Source: Longimicrobiales bacterium
GTDB taxonomy: Bacteria; Gemmatimonadota; Gemmatimonadetes; Longimicrobiales; Gaopeijiaceae
Assembly: GCA_965198065.1 (NCBI GenBank)
Contig: CBDAON010000004.1
Location: 2,688,001-2,752,000, forward strand
Direction: 5' to 3'
DNA: 64,000 bases
Under the pieces are notes generated by a model. The model worked only from the letters and a program-made list of their open reading frames with translations, was not told the DNA's origin and made no database searches. Made by a program: the position numbers and the translations under genes. Position 1 is the first letter of the stretch. Every line of letters begins with the position of its first letter. Positions 31,398-42,142 of this stretch are shown here, piece by piece.

Positions 31398-31631
31398 TCA
31401 CCTTTCCCCCGCCGCCCTCCGGAGCTTTGCCGCCAGCGCCTTCAGCTCTCCCCTGCGGCTCTCGAGCGCGTCCGCGAGGCGGCTGAGGTTCTCAGGGGTG
31501 GGGCTTCGCCTGCCAACCTTCCAGGCGTTGAGGCTATCGACGGAGACGCCGGCCGCCGCCGCGATCTCCTCTATGCTCCACGTCGCTCCATCGAGGGCCT
31601 GCTCGATCATCTTCCGGGTCCGCTCGATCAC
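31398..31631 (-). CDS. XRE-family HTH protein
   Basis: IEEIAAAAGVSVDSLNAWKVGRRSP. Confidence 0.75.
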   Translation of the reverse strand: MIERTRKMIEQALDGATWSIEEIAAAAGVSVDSLNAWKVGRRSPTPENLSRLADALESRRGELKALAAKLRRAAGER

Positions 31632-32020
31632 GAGGGCTTACTCTCCCCGGAAATGTGGATGTACGGGATTCGCTTGAGGATGAGTTTCCCTCCACATCTC
31701 TCGGAGAGCCTCCATCCACCTGCTGTACCCGTCGCCAATCGGGTGACCTCCACAATAACTTACGCAAATGGCGTAGGAGCCTACCAGGCCCTCCGCCGCT
31801 CAGTCGGGGATGACCTGCTTCAGCTCCTCGAAGAAGTTCTGGAGAGTCCCTCAGTCCAAGGCTCCGTAGCAGACGGTGCCAGGACTCTCGCCCGACTGCC
31901 ACCAAGTCACATGTGTCCTTCCACTGTCGTCCACCACGATCTCTGTCTGTTGTGCGAAAACCGCGCCTTGTGGGGCCTCGAAGCTGGCGACGGTCTCGGT
32001 CCCCTCGGGTAGAACTCGCA

Positions 32021-32917
32021 TCAAGCGAGGTCTCGCGCTCCGCTGAAGCCGATTTCAAAGTCTTCTATCGTCGCCAGGTCCTGGAATGTGAAGAGTCCGG
32101 GGGTACCCTTCGCGTAACGAACCACATCGCCTCCGGCGCCACCGAGGGCGAGATAGACCAGGTGAAGCGTGTTCCCGTCAGGGTCGACTTCCATGTCAGG
32201 GAATCTTCCAACTTCGACGTGGTCTCCCTTGGGCTCGATGATCGAAACGGACCAATCGTTCGGCCCTTCTCGCGAGGCGATCACGCCGAGTCCAGCAAGG
32301 TCATCGAAGAAGGCTGCACGCACGCCATCCAATGAGTGCACGATGGCCGTACCACCGGCGTAATCAAAGCTTCCGGAAGCCGCGAGCTCGATGCTCCAGC
32401 CCGCACCGTCCCATGCCCTATAGTTGAGCCCCCGGCCGGCGAATCCACGTGGGTCGTAGGACGCAGTGTGCAGCTCTCCGTCTGGTCCAAATATGCCCGT
32501 GTTATACCAGCCGTCATGTCCGACGTTAGTCATCGGCTGTAAATCGAAGTTACCGAAGGACCGGATGGCGAGGACTTGATCTTCGCGATCGTGGTCATGG
32601 TAGAGAACGTGAGGCTCCCCGGCGTCCGATAGGAGAATGTCAATTGGCCCGTAGAAATAGCCGTTGGCGATCAGCTCCATTGCAGGCATAGCGGCGCCGG
32701 ACGAGAGGCGCGCGTAGCGGATCCATCCACTCCGTGCTTCTTCAAGGAAGGCGGCGTGCACCGTACCGTCGGCACCGACAGCGATAGCCGGCTTCGTACC
32801 AGCACCCAGTCGCGCGAACTGCCACCCATCGAGCGACCCTAAGGGCGTGCAGCTGTCTACCCCGCCAGGAGGCAACCCTCCTCGCTGGCTACGAAACGCC
32901 GAAGTGGAACTCTCCAT
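32021..32917 (-). pseudogene. Beta-propeller/BNR-like repeat protein fragment
   Basis: Repeated DGxxHxxY units; neither terminus looks native. Confidence 0.5.
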
Positions 32918-33147
32918 CGACTACGTCGCGACGGGTCTCCCGAACGCGGGCGACTTGATCGGGGACGAGCTCTTTCTGGACGATGCGAGCCCCTGGTCGC
33001 TCTCCCTCGTCTCTGTGCTTCCACTGGCCCCGCTGGATCCGTGAGGGCGGCCAGGTCGGACATGGTGGTCGTGGAGATCACCTGCCGGTAGAGCGTCCCC
33101 GTGGCGCAAGGAGGGTGAGCAGCTTCATTCGGGAATGGGGCCTTCGC

Positions 33148-33318
33148 ATGAACCGGGCTGGGGAGGGGCACCCTGCCGGCTGGACACATTCTGGACCCAG
33201 ATCGCCCGAAAGCATCGAAAACGGACCGAAAACCTCCGAACCCTGAAAACCCGAAAGGCCCCGTCTCCGTTGAGGAAACGGGACCTTCCGAATCGGGCTG
33301 AACCCCCCGGAGGCTACT
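33148..33318 (+). repeat. att-like end B1 (tRNA fragment lost)
   Basis: Homologous to 37223-37391; similarity stops at GGAGGCTACT, where the tRNA-Cys fragment begins in B2. Confidence 0.85.
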
Positions 33319-33370
33319 CGCAGTAACAAGGCGGGTGCCTTGCCGCGACCCAACGCCTCGGTCGCTGCTC

Positions 33371-34597
33371 CTACTTCTCCTTCCGTTTCGCGCCGTGCTC
33401 TTGCGAAGGAGCGCTGAACTTGTCGAGAAGCAGTGCACCGAGGGCATCTCCCTCGACACGCGCTGCCCGGCCCTCGAGTAGCACCGAGCAACCCTTGAGC
33501 GCGAGCGGCGTGAACAGGTTCAGCATGAACATGGTGAAGATCAGCACCGAGAAGATGGACGAGTCGATGGCGCCCTGTGACAGAGCCAGCGCGGCGAGGA
33601 TCATCCCCAACTCGGCACGCCCGCACATACCCACGCCCACGGTAAGGGCCTCCCACGCCGACAACCCCATGCGCAGCGCCATGCCCCCCGCGCTCGCGAC
33701 CTGACCGACGATCACTGCCGCGGTCAGCAGTACAAGGAACGCCATGCCAGAAGCGCTGATGTCGAAGGTGACGGAGAAGCCCAGCGACATGAAGAAGATC
33801 GGTCCGAGGAACGAGTAGGCGATCCCGTAGGAGCGATCCGCCACGATCCGGACGAGATTCGGGTGTGCCACCTTCTCTTCGAAGAACAAACCGGCCAGAT
33901 AGGCCCCCAGGATCATGTGCAGCCCGATGGCCTCGGCGAAGAGGCCGGCGGCGATCGCCACGAATAGGATGAAAGTGAAGCCTTTGCCTCATGTTGCTCA
34001 GTCGGTTCGCGTACCCGCGCCCTCGCTTTGGAAGGGCAGTGTGAAGCCAGAGTGACGGCGATGTCCATGGGCTCCGAACGACCCGCCGGACAGTACCCCG
34101 ATCATGAGGCCGAAGAACACCAGGGTCAGCAGGTCGTCAATCACGCAACTCGCGACGGTCACCCGGGCCACGCGGGTATCTGCGAGCCCCAGGTCATTGA
34201 GGGTCTTCAACGTGATGACCACCGCGGTGGCGGTCATCGTGAGACCGACGAACACGGCACCTACCGGATCCAATCCGAACGCCGTCGCCACGCCGAAGCT
34301 GACCCCGAACGGCACGATCGCGCCCACTATGGCAACTCCGAGCGAGCGCTTCAGAGCATCGAAGAATGCGGAGGGCTGGGTCTCCACGCCGGCGTGGAAC
34401 ATGAGGAAGAAGATCCCGATCTCGGCCAGGAGCGTGATCGCCTCACTGGGCTCGATGAGGCCGAAGACTGCCGGTCCCACCAACACCCCGACGATGAGCT
34501 CGCCCATGATCGTGGGCAGCCCCAGCGGGCGCAGGGTGACCGCGACCAGCCAGATGCCGGCCAGGAGGATCAGCAGATCGACGGCTACTTCATGCAT
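33371..34597 (-). pseudogene. Cation:proton antiporter (CPA2/Kef type), disrupted at ~33960-34075
   Basis: MGELIVGVLVGP, FHAGVET, VIDD, LGPIFF, GRAE motifs in two ORFs. Confidence 0.88.
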
Positions 34598-34989
34598 TGC
34601 GGGGAACCTAACACAGGGGTGCTCATCGGTGACCGGAGGATCTTCGGTCGTACGCGCATGAGGATCCGGGAGATTCTAGAACGCGCTCGAGACTACTCCG
34701 AAGAAGTAAAGAGCCAACAGCATCCCGAGAGCGATCACCCAGCGCAGGGCCGCCGTATCGGCCCTGTACGCGCGCTTAGGGGGCCTTCGCCGTCCTCAGT
34801 GCCCCGGTACGCTGTACTACGATTTTTTGCCAAGGAAAAAGGACTGTACCGACCCTAGCTAAGGCCCCTCAGGACCGTTGGCTAGTATCGCCACCCCCTG
34901 CGACGGGTGGGAGGACGTCCCGCTCGTCTGGTCGAAGAGGCGGACGAGAGTCCGGACGGGAAGTGGTATGCGCACATGTCAGTTCTCCT

Positions 34990-35215
34990 TCTCTCCTTCT
35001 TTTCCTTCGAAGGCTTTGAACTACATCGGCGAAGAGATATACCCGAAGGAGTGGGATGAGGAGAGGGAGTTCTTCTCAGAAGAACCGTACCGGGGCACGG
35101 CTGGGAAGCTCAGGTTCCTTTCTGAATACCTTAGTGTCTCCATCGACCATACTCGCCGACCCTATCAGTCCTTTCAGAGCCTGTTGACTTTACGGAACCA
35201 GATGGTGCACGTGGA
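34990..35215 (+). pseudogene. HEPN-like protein fragment
   Basis: ALNYIG..KLRFL..RPYQSFQSLLTLRNQMVH (R-x4-H). Confidence 0.45.
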
Positions 35216-35420
35216 CTCCCCCTGCGTTCAACCGCCGGCTTCCCCGAGCAGGGCCCTCGCCCGGCTCCGGTATCCTTCGTCGACTTCAGGGTTTCCCGAG
35301 CCGGCGGCAGCTACGGCCGCCTCGAGGGCTCTTCGCATCTCATCAGGACGTTCTCGGTCTTGGTACACCTGTGCGAGCCCCAAGTGATGCATCGGAGGGG
35401 GGCTTCTTCCACCTCAGGAG

Positions 35421-37127
35421 CTATCCGAGGAGCTCGCTGAAGCGCTCACGCTGATCCGCGCTCCCGAGGGCGACGAGCGTCGAGCCTTTCGTCAGCCGGC
35501 GCCCCGGCAGCAAGCGCGTGACGGTCCTGCCGTTCTCCTGTAGGGCGATCACGCTCAGGCCGCTTCGGGCCCCGATCTCCGCTTCGGCGAGCGTGCGGTC
35601 GACCAGCGAGGCTGGCAGGGGCACGTAGAACAGGTCCACGCCCTCGCCTAGCACCACCAACTCCCGATTCTGGACGATCGAAAGGACGGTCTGGGCCCCG
35701 AGGGAAGCATAGCTCAGCACGAAGTCGGCACCGGCACGGTGGATGGCCTCCACGTTTCGCTCGTGGGTGACGCGGCTGAGAATCCGTGCGTCGGGGTTGA
35801 GCCGCCGGCAGTACACGTTCAGATAGACGTTCATCGCGTCGTCGTGCGTGGTGACGAGAATGGACGGTGCCTCGGCGACCCCGGCCTCGTCGAGCACGTG
35901 CCGGTCCGCGGCGTCGCCCAGGATGAGCCGATCGGGAATCCCGGCGATTTTGGCTTCCAGCTCCGAATCGCGCTCCACCAGGTGCACGGGCACGCCCCGC
36001 TGCTTCAGGGCGCGCGCGGCCGAACGTCCTACCTTCCCGCCTCCTAGGATCAGGACCGGGTTCGGGTTGGCGTCGTAGATCACGAGCACCTCGTTCAGCT
36101 CCTGGATCTCCTTTTCCCCGCCGATCGCGACCGGCACGCTGAGCGGCGTCAGCACCAGATCCGGCGTCGCGGACCTGAAGCGTCCGTGCTCCCACACGCC
36201 GATGATCGTGACGCCGGTGAACTCGCGCAGTCGCGTCTCCCGGAGGGTGCAGCCCTGGAGCGGCGTGTTGTGCACGGGGAACTCGACGAGCAGGAGGTCG
36301 TGGAACTTCCCGATCATGTTCGCGTGGGCGCTCCCGGCGCTGACCCGGTTGGCGAGGTGCTCGCCCAGCCGCTGCTTCAAGGGGAGCACGTGCGTGGACC
36401 CGCTGAGCTCGAGGATGTCGATCGAGTCCTCCACTTCGGCCACGGCGGCGACTGGCACCGATTCGGACAGCTCCCGGACCGTCAAGACAATGTTGGAGTT
36501 GACCGTATCCGAGGCGTTGGCCAGCACCAGGCATGCCCGCGCGGCACCGGCCGCCCGGTAGGTCTCGGCCGCGTCGATGTCGCCCGTCAGCACCGGCAGA
36601 CCAGCATCCTGCATGCGCATCGCCAGGTCGGGGTCGGGCTCGATCACGTAGGCGGGCACGCCCGCGAGCTCGAGCCGTCGGAGGAGCCCCAGCGCGATCG
36701 GGTCGTTCGCGCATATGAGCACGTGGTCCGAGACGTCGGGCGGCGCGGAACGGAGGGCCCGGATCCTCCCCCGGCTTCGCTGCTCGAGCCACGGGGCATA
36801 GACGAGGCGGATGAACAGGCGGGGGAGGATGATGAGGAGAAGCACCACTCCGGTGAGAAGCACGAGGCTGCTGAACGCCCGGCCGAGATCCGTCTGGAAG
36901 GTGATGTCCCCCAACCCGAGGGTGCTCATCACCGTGAGCGTCCAATAAATGCCGGTGAACCAGGAGTGCTCCTGGCCCTCCCACGCCATGATCGCCTGGA
37001 AAAGCCAGCCGTAGAGGAGGATGACCGCCGTGAGGAACGCGACGTACTTTGCGAAGGGGGCGAGCTCGCGGCGGAGCTTCCCTCCCTCCTTCACCAGCGC
37101 GGCCAGCTGGGAGCCGACGGTCTTCAT
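35421..37127 (-). CDS. Potassium channel protein with TrkA-N/TrkA-C (RCK) domains
   Basis: TVMSTLGLGDI pore-like segment, GGGKVG Rossmann motif, two RCK pairs. Confidence 0.9.
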   Translation of the reverse strand: MKTVGSQLAALVKEGGKLRRELAPFAKYVAFLTAVILLYGWLFQAIMAWEGQEHSWFTGIYWTLTVMSTLGLGDITFQTDLGRAFSSLVLLTGVVLLLIILPRLFIRLVYAPWLEQRSRGRIRALRSAPPDVSDHVLICANDPIALGLLRRLELAGVPAYVIEPDPDLAMRMQDAGLPVLTGDIDAAETYRAAGAARACLVLANASDTVNSNIVLTVRELSESVPVAAVAEVEDSIDILELSGSTHVLPLKQRLGEHLANRVSAGSAHANMIGKFHDLLLVEFPVHNTPLQGCTLRETRLREFTGVTIIGVWEHGRFRSATPDLVLTPLSVPVAIGGEKEIQELNEVLVIYDANPNPVLILGGGKVGRSAARALKQRGVPVHLVERDSELEAKIAGIPDRLILGDAADRHVLDEAGVAEAPSILVTTHDDAMNVYLNVYCRRLNPDARILSRVTHERNVEAIHRAGADFVLSYASLGAQTVLSIVQNRELVVLGEGVDLFYVPLPASLVDRTLAEAEIGARSGLSVIALQENGRTVTRLLPGRRLTKGSTLVALGSADQRERFSELLG

Positions 37128-37222
37128 ACAGACAGCATGATACGACAGCGTGATAAGTTCTAGCGGCGGAGAAGTGATCAGGTCGACGAAGAAGCCTGGG
37201 GAGGGTCCACAGCAGCCGCAGG

Positions 37223-37430
37223 ATGAACCGGGCCGGGGGGCACCCTACCGGCTGGACACATTCTGGACACAGACCCCCCGAAAACATCCAAAACGGACCG
37301 AACGGAGGCGAAGCCCGAAAACCCGAAAGCCCCCGTCTCCCTTAAGGAAACGAAGGCTTTCCGAACCGTAACGAAAACCCCGGAGGCTACTGCAAATCCT
37401 CTATCCCCGGTTCGAATCCGGGCGGCGCCT
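37223..37430 (+). other. att-like end B2 with tRNA-Cys 3' half (37389-37430); probable right boundary of the island
   Basis: CTGGACACA direct repeat twice, internal hairpin, then ACTGCAAATCCTCTATCCCCGGTTCGAATCCGGGCGGCGCCT. Confidence 0.88.
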
Positions 37431-37518
37431 CTGGAGAAGTGTTCCCGTCCGGACGTCATGCTGACCGCGACGCGATCCCTCTCGCAGCGCCTACGTTTGG
37501 CTGCGGGGCGCCTCGTCG

Positions 37519-39939
37519 TCATTCCGACCGAATTGCCACCGCCGGGGAGATCCCCGCGGCTCGGGCGGACGGGACTGCCGTGGCCATCGCGGCGACCGCG
37601 AGGAAGACCCCCGTACTGGCCAGGAGGGTGACCGCATCGTACGGGCTCACCCCATAGAGCAAGGAGGAGATGACTCGTCCCGTCACAACCGCCCCAACGA
37701 GGCCGAGCCCAATCCCGAGGCCCGCGAGCGACATCCCCTGTCCCAGGACCAGGCGGCGCACCCGGCCGGGATCGGCCCCCAGGGCCTGCAGCACGCCGAT
37801 CTCTCCGGTCCGCACGCTTACCACGTACGAGATCACCCCGTAAATTACTACGGCTCCCAGGAAGAGGGAGATCGCGGCGCCGAGCGCCAGCAGCACCATG
37901 GTGAAGGTGGTCCGGCTGAGCGAGTCGCCCACGACCGCGCTCATCGTTTGGACCTCGGAGATCGGGAGGTCGGGGTCCATCGTCCCGATCACGCCGCGCA
38001 CTTGCGGCACAAGGGCGAGCGGATCTCCTTCAGCGCGGACGGTCATCGTCATCGCCCGCACGCCTCCCCCGACTGAGTCCAGCATCGGCTGGTAGATGAA
38101 CTGCTCGGCGGGCACGTCGAGCCCCGTGTCGTGTACGTCCCCGACGACCCCCACGGATCGCGCTGGGGACCCCGCGGTGGTCATCCTCTTCCCGAGGGCG
38201 CTGTCATCGGGCCAGTACTGTTCCTTCAGGGAGCGGCTGATGATGAGCGATCCCAGGCGCCGGTTGTGGTCGTCGCTGTTGAACGAGCGTCCCTCGAGTA
38301 CTGGAATCCCCATTGCCTCGAAGTACCCTGGCGTGACCCTGCGAATGAGGAAAGCGGGTGGGAAGGCCTCCTCGGCAGGTGGAAACTCGTCGATGATCGT
38401 GGTCAGAACCTCCCCTCCACCGGTGAGCGGCAGCGTGTTGATCCCTCCGGCTACCACGACACCGGGGAGTGCCCCGAGCCGCAGAATCAACTCGTCGTAG
38501 AAGCGCGCGACCGACTCCGAATCATCGTAGCGATTAGGTGGCGGCGAGATGCCAAAGGTGAGGACACCGTCTGGGTCGAATCCGGCCTCGACCGAGCGGA
38601 GCTCCTGGAAGCTCCGAAACATGAGCCCTGATCCCACCACGAGAATGAGGGCCAACGCCACTTGGGCCACCACCAGAGCCGCGCGCGCGCGCTTATCACG
38701 CCGGCCGAGGGTACCGCCCCGCGCTCCATGGCGAATCGCCGCGAGCATTCTGGGCGAGCCCGTACTGAGCGCGGGAAGAGCTCCAAAGAGAAGCCCCGAC
38801 AGGACGGACACCGTCGCTGTGAACGCCAGCACGGAGCCGCTCACGCCGATCTCCCCGAGTCGAGGAATCATGGGCGGGGCCGCGGCAACCAGGACGCGCG
38901 TGCCCGTGAAGGCAAGAAGAACCCCGGCGGCGCCTCCAATCAGTCCCAGGAGCACGCTCTCCGTGAGCACATAACGGACCAGTCGAGCTCGCCCCGATCC
39001 CAACGCCAGACGCACTGCCGTCTCTCGCGCCCGCGTTTCCGCTCTCGCCAGGAAGAAGTTCGCGACGTTGCTGCATGCGATCAGGAGCACGAAGCCCGCC
39101 GTGCCGAGCAGCACGAGGAGCGGCGTCCGGGCGTCCCCGACCATCTGTTATTTTAGCGTCCAGACCGCCGCCCTCCCGTCGAATACTCCGGTGAACCAAA
39201 TCGGACCGTATCCGACTTCGTCGAATCGGGCGATCAGGCTTTCCGCGTTCGCGACGGCCTCTTCCGTCGTGGCGTTCGGCGCCAGCCTCGCGATTGCGGC
39301 GATGTGGTGACCGCCGAAGTTCCCGCTCGCCGGATCGAGCCGGTACGGGATCCACACGTCGATGTCGGGAGATGGGAACGCGAACTCTGGAGGCATCACC
39401 CCGATCACCTCCCACGGCGTCCCGTTCAACTCGATCGTCCGCCCCAAGATCGAGGGATCCGCGCCGAAGATCGAGTTCCAGAGACCATCGCTCAGGAGGG
39501 CGACCTGGGGGCCGTTCGGCACGTCTTCCTCCTCCCGCGGAAAGCGGCCGAGTCGCGGCGGTACCCCCAACAGCTCGAAGGCGCTCACGGTCATGACGCC
39601 GATGTCTACCTGAAGGGGCGGGCCCTGCCCTGTGAGCGGCCATTCTGGATCCGCGCCCGAGTACCCGCCGAAGGCTTGGAAGGAGCGATTATTCTCAGCG
39701 AAGTGCCAGAACCCACGGTCCGAAAAGGGAATCTCGTTGCTGACGGAAGCGTCGGCGCGGGTAGTGGCGGCGACCGTGACGATTCGATCCGAATCGGGGT
39801 ACGGGAGCGGGCTCAGCAGCACGCCTTCGACTACCGAGTAGATCGACGTAATCGCCCCGATGGAGACGGCGAGCGTGAGGAGCACAACGACGGCGAAGCC
39901 GGGGCCCCTCCGGAGGGAGCGGAGGGTCGTGCGGACCAT
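37519..39939 (-). pseudogene. ADOP/MacB-FtsX-type duplicated ABC permease, split by TAA at 39148-39150
   Basis: VLLIACSNVAN, AQVALALIL, EIGVLQALGA motifs; two in-frame ORFs. Confidence 0.88.
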
Positions 39940-40076
39940 CCCGAGCCACGGATTCGATCACGATCGAGCCTCCTCGCGTGGAGCGCCATCATGGAGGGTG
40001 CTGGTTATTTCGCAGGTTGCACAGCCACGGGCAAGAACAGGACGGCAAGAAGGGCAGGAGATCCAGCGCCGCTTTT

Positions 40077-41333
40077 TCAGGACACGACTCGGGGCGCCGC
40101 GACTTCGGACGCAGGTATTTCGCGGGTGGAGATCCGAATTCCCGCGTCCAGCGTCCGGTGGACGGGACAGCGGTCGGCGATCTCAAGGAGACGCCGGCGC
40201 TGGTCTTCGTCGAGCGGACCGACGAGCGAGATCTCGCGATCGAGCTGATCGAGTCGAGAATCCTCATGTTCGGACCGCTCCTCATCCCGCCTGTAGAGCC
40301 TCCGGTGCTCCATGCGCACGACCGCCTCCTCGAGCGGCCAGCCCTTCCGACCGGCATAGCTCTGTAGGGTCATCGAGGTGCAGGCCCCGAGCGCCGCGGC
40401 GAGCAGGTCATATGGCGTGGGTCCGAGGCCCTCGCCGCCCACCGCTTTTGGTTCGTCGGCAACCAGGGCGTAGCCGCGGGCTAGCACGTCGGTGCGAAAC
40501 GTGCCGGCGGCCGTCCTTGCTGTGACACGGTTGTCCTTCGCGAGATCTTCCGGTGCCTCGGGCTCCGTCGGGTAGTCGAGATAGCGCCTCGCCCAGGCCG
40601 CGAGCACCGATCCGACGTACAAGGAGTCATTCTGGTCCAAGAGAAGGTGATCGGCTTGATCGAGGGAAACGAAGCTCTTCGGGTGACGCGCCGCCCCGTA
40701 GATGCGAGCCGCGTTCTCTATGCCGACGCTCCGGTCCACGGGGGAATGAAAGATGAGAAGGGGGCGCGCGAGCTCGCGGATCGCTTCCTCCATTCGATGT
40801 CCCGCCAGATCCTCCACGAAGTCGCGGCTGACGGTGAACTCACGTCCGGCCAGAGATACCGAAGCCGAGCCCTGCTCTTCGATGTCGTCGAGGGAACCCG
40901 CAAAGAGGTGCGTGATATGCCGCGGATCGAACGGGGCGCCTATCGTGGCCACTGCACGGACGGAATCGATCCGCCGGGCGGCCTGAAGGACCGCCGCGCC
41001 GCCCAGCGAGTGCCCGACGAGGACGGCAGGGGACGCGAGCATGCTCCCCATATAACTGGCTGCCGCCACCAGGTCGGCGACGTTGGACGAGAAGGTCGTG
41101 TCCGCGAAGTCTCCTTCGCTCTCACCGAGCCCCGTGAAGTCGAAGCGGAAGACGGCGATCCGCTGCTGAGTCAGGGCCCGGCTGATGTTAACCACAGGCT
41201 TCAGGTCCTTAGAGCAGGTGAAGCAGTGCGCGAACAGCGCGCAAGCCACGACGTCGCCGTCGGGAGGAAGGCTAAGGCGCGCGGTCAGGTGATGGCCCGC
41301 GGATCCGGGGAATGTGATGCGTTGATTGATCAT
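40077..41333 (-). CDS. Bifunctional alpha/beta hydrolase / OsmC family protein
   Basis: FAHCFTCSK, GHSLGG, ADEP..GPTPYDLL..GACT, CPVHRTL. Confidence 0.93.
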   Translation of the reverse strand: MINQRITFPGSAGHHLTARLSLPPDGDVVACALFAHCFTCSKDLKPVVNISRALTQQRIAVFRFDFTGLGESEGDFADTTFSSNVADLVAAASYMGSMLASPAVLVGHSLGGAAVLQAARRIDSVRAVATIGAPFDPRHITHLFAGSLDDIEEQGSASVSLAGREFTVSRDFVEDLAGHRMEEAIRELARPLLIFHSPVDRSVGIENAARIYGAARHPKSFVSLDQADHLLLDQNDSLYVGSVLAAWARRYLDYPTEPEAPEDLAKDNRVTARTAAGTFRTDVLARGYALVADEPKAVGGEGLGPTPYDLLAAALGACTSMTLQSYAGRKGWPLEEAVVRMEHRRLYRRDEERSEHEDSRLDQLDREISLVGPLDEDQRRRLLEIADRCPVHRTLDAGIRISTREIPASEVAAPRVVS

Positions 41334-41654
41334 GGAAACCTTGCAGTCAGGGGTCCTGGAGAGGGGCCAACGGCGGGGCGAGGCCGATCCTACGTGAATC
41401 GTACGGACTTCCGTGACCGAGTCCCTGGTCGGGGGCCAAGCTCGAGGGCGGGCCCGTCCCCTAAACGGGCGAGGTCCGCGAGGAGTTCCCGCTGAGCCTG
41501 ACGCGCGGTGCGTCAGGTACAGGGCGTTGGAGCAATGTGCCGCCAATCTGCCCGTTAGACGCCAGCAGCAAGCCGAACTAGTTTCAATCTTTACAACCGT
41601 GGGGTGCTCGCATCACCGACATGGCAGACGGATAAGATGTCGAAGAAAGCAAGC

Positions 41655-41840
41655 GCTGCGTAACGCTCCTGCTGAGGGCTCGAACTCCCGGGCCAACGCT
41701 TCCACAGAATCGGCCCAATCCGCACCAACTCGACCATCTGTCGCCGAAACTCCGGAGGGTACGCCGGAAGCGTCCATAGCGTTGTGGACTCCTCCTTTCT
41801 GCCTCACTCTTGAGGTGTCCACTAACCCGGGTCAACTCCA
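41655..41840 (-). mobile_element. IS3-family left-end remnant with orfA fragment
   Basis: TGGAGTTGACCCGGGTTAGTGGACAC end; YPPEFRRQMVELVR..LAREFEPSA. Confidence 0.75.
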
Positions 41841-42095
41841 ATGCCAATCTTCTTGGACCGTCACGATTTGGTTGAAGCATCCGCGGAGGGCGTCGCCAAT
41901 CTGCACGTCAAGGACTTGCAAGTCCAACACAAATACGGAGTGAAGTTCCTTGATATCGCCCAAGCAGACGCCATCCTCGTATCTCCTGAGGTCAAAGACG
42001 CGTGTACTGATGTCGATCTGGGGTTTGAGCCGTCGGGTTCTGAAACGTTGAGGGGGTTTTCAGAACCGGTTCAGCTGTTTTCCCCGGCTCATTGA
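41841..42095 (+). pseudogene. DUF4242-adenylate/guanylate cyclase gene with its middle deleted
   Basis: MPIFLDRHD..HVKDLQVQHKYGVKFL fused to ILVSPEV..LRGFSEPVQLF. Confidence 0.7.
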
Positions 42096-42142
42096 TGCGC
42101 GCGATTTTCGTGAAGCTCCAGCATCTGCTGCGGTACTGATCG

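Noticed and set aside
26994..32012. Prophage
   Set aside because: Only isolated phage-like small genes (DUF4031, XRE); no structural, packaging or replication genes.
34600..34990. Possible further element end or structured RNA
   Set aside because: Compositionally odd, but no second copy or convincing fold could be established by eye.
35446..37287. Long alternative-frame and antisense ORFs (also 20158-21777, 47450-48874, 52119-53441)
   Set aside because: Shadow ORFs of real genes, expected in high-GC DNA; Arg/Pro/Gly-rich with no motifs.
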